A stretch of 64,000 nt of DNA. Source: a virus. The notes beneath the pieces are model-generated. The model made no database searches. It was not told the DNA's origin and saw nothing but the letters and a program-made list of their open reading frames with translations. The stretch covers positions 9,431 through 73,430 of the IMG/VR virus record IMGVR_UViG_3300022752_000054. One strand, given 5' to 3'. The translations under genes were made by a program, and so were the position numbers. Below, one piece after another: positions 57,112-64,000 of this stretch (position 1 is the stretch's first letter; the number at the start of each line of letters is the position of its first letter).

Positions 57112-57390
57112 ATGATCAATCTGTTCATCGGGTGGGGCGTTTCGGCCTTGTTGGGTAGCGGAACTCTCTACCTCATCATCATGGTCTTCGCGTTGGCCTT
57201 CCCGCGGCTCTTTCGGGTGGGCTACTGGCTCTTAATGTTGCCCATCATGTCGTTAGGGCCTGCGATCCTTGGTTGGCTCTTCTTCGGTTTCTTCCTCGGT
57301 TGGAACACCGCCACTTTCATGTTAACTCTCGCAGGTGGCACGGCCTTCGGGGTTGCCTTTTGCCTCTGGTCGGATCCGAAACAAGATTGA
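57112..57390 (+). CDS. membrane protein
   Basis: Three hydrophobic segments. Confidence 0.65.
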   Translation: MINLFIGWGVSALLGSGTLYLIIMVFALAFPRLFRVGYWLLMLPIMSLGPAILGWLFFGFFLGWNTATFMLTLAGGTAFGVAFCLWSDPKQD

Positions 57391-57399
57391 GGATAAGCC

Positions 57400-57618
57400 A
57401 TGAACTCTCGACTCAAAGAAGCATTGCTGTTCTACATCAAGGGAACGCTGACAGACCCCGCTGGGGTGGATGAGATGGTGATGTTGGCTTTGTACAAACT
57501 TCGCGGCGAGTCAACTGACATGGGCCTTCGTCAAGACCTCGACGCACTGATCGCTCGAGTCGAGAAGAGAGGCGAAAGGTACCATTTGGCATCTCCCGAA
57601 CGGATGAGCGTGGCTTAA
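57400..57618 (+). CDS. hypothetical protein
   Basis: GAGGA SD. Confidence 0.6.
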   Translation: MNSRLKEALLFYIKGTLTDPAGVDEMVMLALYKLRGESTDMGLRQDLDALIARVEKRGERYHLASPERMSVA

Positions 57619-57752
57619 TGGCTACCTTGGCCTTGAAGCTCATCTGCTGCTTCGTGATGGCTGTGCTCTTCCCCTTGGGTGTTGTAGCCACCCTGGACAA
57701 CAAATAGTTCGTGGCAGTGCAAAGTTCCAGCTTGACGTGATAGGATCTAATC

Positions 57753-58364
57753 ATGAACGACGACACCATCCTGCCGCCCCCGTTCGAGGAACCCGAGTTC
57801 GAGTCGATCTCCTCGATCCTTGCGAACGAGGCGAAAGAGAAGGCCCGCCTCGCGCAGAAGCCCATCATTGACCTCCTTGAGGATGCCATCGAGATGGACG
57901 AGGACGGCGTGCCCGTGTTCACGATCCCTCCAGGCGAGCGAGTCATCATCGAGCGCGTGGCCTCTGTTCTTCCTGGGAAGCAGTGGCTCGACACGAAGGT
58001 GTACACAGTGGAGACCATCGACGGAGTCACCGGTAACTTGATGCTCTGGGACGACGCCGGCAAGTGCCATGCCATGTCGAACTACCTCACCGCGCCCAAG
58101 GTTGGCTACCGGTTCAAGGTCCCGCCGGCCAAGGGTGGTTTGCAGATTCAGGGTCGTAAGCGTGGTCGGCCCCGTAAGGTGGTGCCCCTTGGCCAGGAGA
58201 AGCCGGTGGAACCTGTCCAACTGGATGAAAATGGTCAACCGATTAAGAAGAAGCGTGGTCGCCCGCCGGGGACCAAGAACCGACCGAAGGAGGTCGTGGT
58301 TGCGGAACGTAAGGCCACGGCAGAGATGAAGGCCAAGAAGAAAGCAAAACGTAAGAAGGCCTGA
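57753..58364 (+). CDS. AT-hook-containing putative DNA-binding protein
   Basis: Acidic N-terminus; RKRGRPRK and KKRGRPPG hooks; basic tail. Confidence 0.7.
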   Translation: MNDDTILPPPFEEPEFESISSILANEAKEKARLAQKPIIDLLEDAIEMDEDGVPVFTIPPGERVIIERVASVLPGKQWLDTKVYTVETIDGVTGNLMLWDDAGKCHAMSNYLTAPKVGYRFKVPPAKGGLQIQGRKRGRPRKVVPLGQEKPVEPVQLDENGQPIKKKRGRPPGTKNRPKEVVVAERKATAEMKAKKKAKRKKA

Positions 58365-58371
58365 TGGCCAT

Positions 58372-58448
58372 GCCGCCGTATCCCCTCGGTTTCCTAAACC
58401 GTTGAAAGGGTAGCCGGATGCACGTGGGTTCGAATCCCTCCGGCGGTG
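58372..58448 (+). tRNA. non-canonical tRNA-Arg(CCT)-like gene lacking a normal D-arm
   Basis: GCCGCCG/CGGCGGT acceptor, GTGGG-TTCGAAT-CCCTC T-arm, CGGT-TTCCTAA-ACCG anticodon arm only 8 nt after the acceptor strand. Confidence 0.7.
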
Positions 58449-58481
58449 CAAAGTTAACCTCAAACAAGGTAAGGTAGAACC

Positions 58482-59324
58482 ATGGACACGCAAGAGACGC
58501 TTCAACGGGCAGCCCAGCTATTGCGAGTAGCTGACGCACTCATCATCACGGCTGGAGCAGGAATGGGGGTGGATAGCGGTCTGCCCGATTTCCGAGGAGA
58601 TGAAGGTTTCTGGAATGCTTATCCGGCGTACAAGCATCTTGGTCTCACCTTCTCCGACATGGCCAACCCGAGGTGGTTTGAGGAGAATCCGGCGTTGGCA
58701 TGGGGATTCTACGGACACCGGCTCAATCTGTACCGCGCTACACAACCTCATGCAGGATTCGATGTCCTGAAGCGTCTTGCTCGAGGCATGAAGTATGGTG
58801 CCTTCGTCTTCACGTCTAACGTGGATGGTGCCTTCCAGAAGGCTGGTTTCGACCCCGATCGTATCGTGGAATGCCATGGATCCATCCATCACGTCCAGTG
58901 TACAAAGGGATGTGGCATCGGCATTCTGCCTGCAGAACGTGTTAAGATCGATGTGGATTCCAAGACGTTTGAGGCCCAGAGTCCGCTACCCGTCTGCCCG
59001 CGCTGCGGAGAGCTCTTGAGGCCAAACATCCTGATGTTTGGCGATCCGGGATGGAATTTCTCTCGTGCCGATGAGCAAGACGAGAGGATGACGGAGTGGG
59101 TCCGGACCTTAGCAGATCGTCATGTCGCAACCGTTGTCATCGAGTTGGGCGCAGGCAAACATATCCCCAGCGTGCGGGCGAAGAGTTCTTTGTTGTCAAA
59201 CAAACTCAATGCTCCACTCATTCGCATCAATACTCGAGATTCCGATGGTTTCCCCAATACGTTGTCGTTGCCGATGAAGGCAAAAGAGGCTCTCATCGAA
59301 CTGGAAATCTTGTCAAAATCTTAA
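58482..59324 (+). CDS. Sir2/CobB-family NAD-dependent deacylase
   Basis: GAGMGVDSGLPDFRG, TSNVDG, ECHGS, CxxC..CPRC, RPNILMF, GAG..IP.VR. Confidence 0.9.
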   Translation: MDTQETLQRAAQLLRVADALIITAGAGMGVDSGLPDFRGDEGFWNAYPAYKHLGLTFSDMANPRWFEENPALAWGFYGHRLNLYRATQPHAGFDVLKRLARGMKYGAFVFTSNVDGAFQKAGFDPDRIVECHGSIHHVQCTKGCGIGILPAERVKIDVDSKTFEAQSPLPVCPRCGELLRPNILMFGDPGWNFSRADEQDERMTEWVRTLADRHVATVVIELGAGKHIPSVRAKSSLLSNKLNAPLIRINTRDSDGFPNTLSLPMKAKEALIELEILSKS

Positions 59325-59415
59325 CACCACGCTGTGCAAACCTTAGACCCATCGTGATATACTGATTTCAACGCTGGCCGCTAACCACAACCTCTTGACC
59401 TTGAAAGAAAAAGAA

Positions 59416-59607
59416 ATGAGCAACGAGAACAGCAACATCAGCACGGACACCTGCGACGACTGCGGACGACATGGCCCCGGGACACGTTACGTGCAGGACG
59501 ACTCGACGACATACTTCATCTGCATGTCGTGTGGGCCAAAGCAATTCGAAAAGACCGCACGTCGGGACATCGACTCATGGCTGGCAGGAGGTGACTTCGG
59601 GGGATGA
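59416..59607 (+). CDS. small Zn-finger protein
   Basis: CDDC...CMSC. Confidence 0.55.
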   Translation: MSNENSNISTDTCDDCGRHGPGTRYVQDDSTTYFICMSCGPKQFEKTARRDIDSWLAGGDFGG

Positions 59608-59858
59608 GCTGGAATTACCGAGTTGTCCGCAAGATCCTTTCGGGCGAAGGATATTCCACGACTCAGTACGGGATCCATGAGGTCTACTACGATGACGATC
59701 ACGTACCGACTTCGTGTACCGTCAACCCTGTCACCCCTTATGGCGAGTCCGAGGAGGAGTTGGCCCAAGACGTGCGGCATTACGCCTCGGCCTTGGAGAA
59801 GCCGGTTCTCGATTACGATTCGATCGGTGCAAAGCCGAATTCGAACGTGATAGAGTAG
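59604..59858 (+). CDS. hypothetical protein (WNYRV..IHEVYY family)
   Basis: Motif shared with 60811..61071. Confidence 0.7.
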   Translation: MSWNYRVVRKILSGEGYSTTQYGIHEVYYDDDHVPTSCTVNPVTPYGESEEELAQDVRHYASALEKPVLDYDSIGAKPNSNVIE

Positions 59859-59862
59859 AACT

Positions 59863-59997
59863 ATGAAGAACAAGAGGAAGCAAAACCCGATCGTCGTGGC
59901 CATGACCCTTCGTCACGCCACGACGACAACCCGTATGAAGGACCGTCGCCAACGCCGTCCGAAGGACGCCCGCCACAAGGAGGACTGGTACAAGTAG
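59863..59997 (+). CDS. 44-aa basic protein (not in the ORF track)
   Basis: MKNKRKQNPIVVAMTLRH...KDRRQRRPK; leaderless-type promoter directly upstream. Confidence 0.6.
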   Translation: MKNKRKQNPIVVAMTLRHATTTTRMKDRRQRRPKDARHKEDWYK

Positions 59998-60041
59998 ACC
60001 CAACGGGTTTACCATTGTGGTAGTGGGGGTACATTACCGCA

Positions 60042-60314
60042 ATGGCACGAAAGAAGAAGCAAGAGGCACAAGACAAGCAAGCCTCGATAGTTGAGATCCA
60101 AATACCGGAAGCAAAGATGATTCCTGCAAATCAAGTGGTGCCTGGACAGATCGTCAAAATTCCAGACGGCGAGTTTCACAAGGTCGTATCTGTGGATCCC
60201 ATCCTCGACCCGTCTCATCCTCAGCTCTGGGCTAATGAAGTCATTGCCAGGGTACAAGACGGCGGGGGAACGAAGCTGGTGATCCTCAAGGGACGAGTCG
60301 AACTGGCGGCTTGA
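60042..60314 (+). CDS. hypothetical protein
   Basis: ORF. Confidence 0.55.
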   Translation: MARKKKQEAQDKQASIVEIQIPEAKMIPANQVVPGQIVKIPDGEFHKVVSVDPILDPSHPQLWANEVIARVQDGGGTKLVILKGRVELAA

Positions 60315-60325
60315 TCCTGATGCAT

Positions 60326-60404
60326 GGATGACCCAGGAGAGGTTTTTAACAAATCGTGGAAGGTTACCAAGGGGCGGCTTTCTTCAACCTTTCCTGGGTC
60401 ATCC
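60326..60404. repeat. dyad element copy B (79 bp)
   Basis: GGATGACCCAGGAGAGG-N19-GGTTACC-N19-CCTTTCCTGGGTCATCC. Confidence 0.8.
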
Positions 60405-60446
60405 TCAGGCAGTGTAAAGTCTCAAGGAAAGTGATATATTAAGACC

Positions 60447-60725
60447 ATGACAGAGGTTCTTGAATCGATTCCGATCGATCCCGTTGTGGAACACCCGACG
60501 GACGACGTCGCCTCGGGACCACTTCTTGAGATCATGTTCGAAGGAGTTTGGATCCTGGCGGAGGAGGACGTGTTCGGGTGTTGGACTGGGTTGCGACGGA
60601 AGAATGGTGATGAGGTCCACGGTCCGATCTATCCTCTCGGAGGTAAGACGTTCTACACAGGCGCAAGGGTCTGTGGATGTAAGGCGTGTCAAGAACACGT
60701 GGAGGCGAAGTTCAAGAAGAATTGA
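60447..60725 (+). CDS. hypothetical protein
   Basis: F..WTG.RR.NG....GP.Y motif; leaderless-type promoter. Confidence 0.65.
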   Translation: MTEVLESIPIDPVVEHPTDDVASGPLLEIMFEGVWILAEEDVFGCWTGLRRKNGDEVHGPIYPLGGKTFYTGARVCGCKACQEHVEAKFKKN

Positions 60726-60810
60726 TTATGGACGAGATGACATTCGGCGACAAGGTTCTGGCTGTTCTCACCATCGGTGTCGTGCTGGTGGTCTTTGCGA
60801 TGGAGTTGAA

Positions 60811-61071
60811 ATGAAATCAGACCAACGCATCGTGAGGCAGATCCTTCCATCAGGTGCCACCTACGATGGTATCTACGAGGTTTACTACGATGAGGAAGGT
60901 AGACCTACATCCAGGGCCACTCAACTGTCTACTCTCCTCGCCCCAACAACAAAGGCTCTTGTCGTAGGACTGAGCGACATGAGACGGGCTTTTGATCGAC
61001 CTATCTTGCTCGAGGTGAACGATGAACAAGGAAGATTCGTAGAGATATCTACACAAGGAGACATGACATGA
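60811..61071 (+). CDS. hypothetical protein, paralog of 59604..59858
   Basis: RIVR...GIYEVYYD.EG.PTS. Confidence 0.6.
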   Translation: MKSDQRIVRQILPSGATYDGIYEVYYDEEGRPTSRATQLSTLLAPTTKALVVGLSDMRRAFDRPILLEVNDEQGRFVEISTQGDMT

Positions 61072-61289
61072 CGACATTCTACAACCAAGAAAAAGCAGCG
61101 CTGCTCCAGGCTTTCGTTGCAATCCTCAATGATGCAGAGGCCATCCTAGACAAGATCGAAGCCCTTGACATCACGCACAAAGGAGAACCTGATCACGATC
61201 ATCTGGCTCTGAACGATCTGGTGTCCGACGCCATCGAACTCGCGGAGGGGCTACGCGACGCCGCAGACAGCGTCAAAGAAGGAATCTAA
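61068..61289 (+). CDS. acidic hypothetical protein
   Basis: GGAG SD. Confidence 0.6.
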   Translation: MTTFYNQEKAALLQAFVAILNDAEAILDKIEALDITHKGEPDHDHLALNDLVSDAIELAEGLRDAADSVKEGI

Positions 61290-61297
61290 CCAAGCGG

Positions 61298-61516
61298 TTG
61301 GAAGATACCTTAGACCTACATGGGGTGTCTCATGAGGATGCTTCTGAAATGGTCCACAGGTTCATCAACGATCATTGGGTAGAAGGATGGACCCTTCACG
61401 TCATCACCGGACAATCTGAGAAGATGAAGTCCATCGTCCGGAAAGTCCTGTTCATGTATCAAGTCGATTGGGTTGAGGATGGATGGAATCCTGGGAACAT
61501 CAAGATTTTTACGTGA
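61298..61516 (+). CDS. stand-alone Smr-domain protein
   Basis: LDLHG..H.DA...V..FI.....VITG.S..M...V....N.G. Confidence 0.8.
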   Translation: MEDTLDLHGVSHEDASEMVHRFINDHWVEGWTLHVITGQSEKMKSIVRKVLFMYQVDWVEDGWNPGNIKIFT

Positions 61517-61556
61517 GGTGGTGCAAAGTCACCATCTTAAATGGTAGAGTAGAACC

Positions 61557-61769
61557 ATGATGATCTTACCTGTCGATCATGTCGATCTAACATACTACTC
61601 ACCTTCTCATTTGAGATCAATCGGCGAGGCCTTGGTCGACCGATTGAAGAAAGGGAAGGTTGAGCTTGCAGGTCTTGATCAAGCAGCGTTGACAGCTGCT
61701 CGAGCGGGAATTCCTACGTCTCGTGACATCATTCGTCTGAAGGAAGCCTGCAGACTCGCGGGTGTGTAG
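61557..61769 (+). CDS. hypothetical protein
   Basis: Leaderless-type promoter. Confidence 0.55.
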   Translation: MMILPVDHVDLTYYSPSHLRSIGEALVDRLKKGKVELAGLDQAALTAARAGIPTSRDIIRLKEACRLAGV

Positions 61770-61771
61770 TC

Positions 61772-62029
61772 ATGGCGTGGATTGACGACCACAGGATCGT
61801 GTTCATCTTCAGGACGGCCATGGAGTCGCTGAACCGCGGTGACGAGGCTTCTGCTCAATTCTACCTACGACAACTACCTCCTGAACAGATGGAATACGTT
61901 TGGGGTCTCGTTGCCGCAGCTACAGGACGACCTATCGAATCTCTGCGCAAGCCGTGGTGGAAACGACATTTCAAACTTCTTTTTTGCGCGATACTGGCTA
62001 CAATCATCATTTTTTACTTAATCTTGTGA
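61772..62029 (+). CDS. hypothetical protein with a C-terminal TM helix
   Basis: Hydrophobic C-terminus. Confidence 0.55.
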   Translation: MAWIDDHRIVFIFRTAMESLNRGDEASAQFYLRQLPPEQMEYVWGLVAAATGRPIESLRKPWWKRHFKLLFCAILATIIIFYLIL

Positions 62030-62036
62030 GGACAAC

Positions 62037-62258
62037 ATGACCAACGATGAATTCAACGACCTGATCACAAGACTTCGTGACTCTGCGACACCCATTCATC
62101 TGCGCGAAGAGGTCATCACGGCTCTCAAACATCAACGTCAGATGTTGGAGGACATCTACCTTGGAGCCAGGAACGGTCTACATACAACTCCAGAGCATCT
62201 TGCTGGAGTGGCTCTGGGCAAGGCTGGTTACGGTGCGTTGAGTGACATGGGATTCTGA
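62037..62258 (+). CDS. hypothetical protein
   Basis: GAGGA SD. Confidence 0.55.
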   Translation: MTNDEFNDLITRLRDSATPIHLREEVITALKHQRQMLEDIYLGARNGLHTTPEHLAGVALGKAGYGALSDMGF

Positions 62259-62716
62259 AATGCAGAAGTTGATTCCATGCTGGGTGATTCGTACACGAAA
62301 TGGTGCCCGTAACGGTCAAGCGTTCGTCTACTGGAATCCGAATGAGGGATGGGTGTACGATCCAATGTTGGCAACCCGCTACGTAGACGAGACTTCTGCC
62401 CAAAGTTCAATTGAGAAATATGCCTCGGAAGGCCTATGGCCAACAGAAAACGTGTCGGCTGTGCAAATCTTTACGACATCATGATACATTACGATTGGGT
62501 CCACGAATTGGCCATGGTGATAGCACCATTCTGGTTCGAATCCAGGTGGATCCTCTGGGATGCAGGTCGTGGTTTACCTGTAATCCTGACCAAGCAATCT
62601 TTCGATTGCGGTCATAAGCGGCAAGAAGGACTGCCACGACAGGAAGCTGCCGATAATGCAGGTGAACGGAGGGCCTACTACCTCCATAGTAACTAACCCC
62701 GGGTTTCGGAGAAACG

Positions 62717-63061
62717 ATGTACAATGATTCGATCCTCAAAATGAAATTGCAGATCGAGTTCCTAAACAAAGGGGTCGTACCTCTTGCGTGGCGCCAGGAC
62801 GTTGGCGCTCCTACGCATTTCGACATCAACAAGATCCTTGTTGGGTTTCCTCCGGATGAGGCACGAAAGATGAAGCGCAAGTTCCGCAAGCTATGGAGGA
62901 AATTGGCTGAGCACAGTTTGAAACGTCCAGGAAAAAACTCTCGTCGGAGGCTCACTAGCATGGGATACGGCGAGACGATTCCATCTCGTAAGTCGAAGAA
63001 CTTCCGCAAGTCCGATGTCCTTGTCGCATTGCAACGAAAAGTTAGCTCGAAGTCCAAATGA
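62717..63061 (+). CDS. basic hypothetical protein
   Basis: EARKMKRKFRKLWR. Confidence 0.6.
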   Translation: MYNDSILKMKLQIEFLNKGVVPLAWRQDVGAPTHFDINKILVGFPPDEARKMKRKFRKLWRKLAEHSLKRPGKNSRRRLTSMGYGETIPSRKSKNFRKSDVLVALQRKVSSKSK

Positions 63062-63311
63062 AATCGCTTGATAATGCAAAATTCCAATGGAATAGGTTAC
63101 AAACGACATGATGACGCTTGAAGATATGCACGCCGCGGCAGAGCTACTGAGAAAGTACGCTACGGCCGTGGAGACGAAGTTGTACTGGAACATGTCGACC
63201 AGCGAAGCGAAGGCAGAGATCAAGGAGGCCAAACGTCTAGCTTCTATCTTGGATGATGAAGCTATTGTGTGCAACTAGTTACACGCACGTGTACACGGGA
63301 GCGGTTTTTAA

Positions 63312-63698
63312 ATGAAACGTTCTGACACAGAGATGTTGCTGATGGCCGCTGGTGCAGGCCTTCGTAAGTCAGACCTTCGTGCCTTCCGCCTCGGAGCGGT
63401 GGGCATCAGGAACGATGGTATCCTTGTCTCCGCTTCCAATGGACCTGCTCCATTCCCCCATCCGGATGCACATGCCGAGGCGCGGTTGACGATGAAGCTG
63501 ACTCCCGGGTCTGAGATCTGGGTGGCACGTGTTCGGAAGGATGGAACCCTTGGTATCGCCCGGCCTTGTCCCCGGTGCATGGTGCGTATCCGGGCCGCCG
63601 GGGTATCTCGAGTGGCCTACACGATTTCAGATATAGAACATGGAGTGATCCATTTGCACTCCGGTGGTGAAGTAATGAAGCCGATGAGAGGGCGATGA
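63312..63698 (+). CDS. Zn-dependent cytidine/nucleotide deaminase-fold protein
   Basis: LGAV....N...HAE...PCPRC...I..AGV.RV.Y. Confidence 0.85.
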   Translation: MKRSDTEMLLMAAGAGLRKSDLRAFRLGAVGIRNDGILVSASNGPAPFPHPDAHAEARLTMKLTPGSEIWVARVRKDGTLGIARPCPRCMVRIRAAGVSRVAYTISDIEHGVIHLHSGGEVMKPMRGR

Positions 63699-63890
63699 AG
63701 CATGCGTGTCAAGAGAACGAAAGAAGGCAAACGTGTGACGCATGAGATGTCGCACAGGGAGAAGCTTCACTACGATCCTCACCTTGACGTGTACTGGATC
63801 GTGACGTTGTTGCCTGACGGGACGCAACACATCGGGTCCCCATTTGCCGTCAGTGCCCTGGACGATCTCTACACCAGGTCCTGGGCCTGA

Positions 63891-63969
63891 GGATGACCCA
63901 GGAGAGGCTACCGTGGGGTCGGATGGGGTAACCTAGGTCCGGCATTCCCCGACCTCTCCTGGGTCATCC
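63891..63969. repeat. dyad element copy C (79 bp, core inverted relative to copy B)
   Basis: GGATGACCCAGGAGAGG-N19-GGTAACC-N19-CCTCTCCTGGGTCATCC. Confidence 0.8.
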
Positions 63970-64000
63970 CAGGGGATCGCGAAAAAAAGCGCGACCGTCA

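Noticed and set aside
1-64000. Stop-codon reassignment
   Set aside because: Recognizable genes are full-length in code 11 and end in TAA, TGA or TAG. No suppressor tRNA was found; the 46942 anticodon reads AGA, not CTA.

Overview
The window looks like a 64-kb segment of a large lytic (jumbo/huge) bacteriophage genome read in the standard code. The host is probably a myxobacterium, inferred from a myxobacterial-style PilY1, a Gly-rich lipoprotein and the GC-rich early genes. It has four zones. (1) 1-2591: a tandem array of tiny 'MKVGDLV' proteins with extreme GpC/GAC/GTC and alanine depletion. (2) About 2.6-43.7 kb: AT-richer late/structural and host-derived genes, including LamG/collagen fibre proteins, PilY1, TilS, a SpoU methylase, ClpP, YeaH-SpoVR-PrkA, Fpg, GroEL and IF1, a group I intron-split tRNA(CAU), and about 18 proteins sharing a 'MKIxLxxLRxIIREE' leader (four GNAT-like paralogs and an ADP-ribosyltransferase-like protein among them). 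(3) About 44-55.7 kb: GC-rich leftward early genes (MoxR AAA, VWA-peptidase, RadA-like) with a ten-tRNA cluster and homing endonucleases. (4) About 55.9-64 kb: rightward early genes (sirtuin, Smr, deaminase), mostly behind GTGCAAAG-type leaderless promoters. The most unusual items are a D-arm-rearranged tRNA-Arg(CCU)-like gene, a tRNA-Ser(AGA), three copies of a 77-79-bp dyad element centred on GGTWACC, the GpC-free island and the leader-tagged cargo family. All calls come from motif recognition by eye; no database searches were run.
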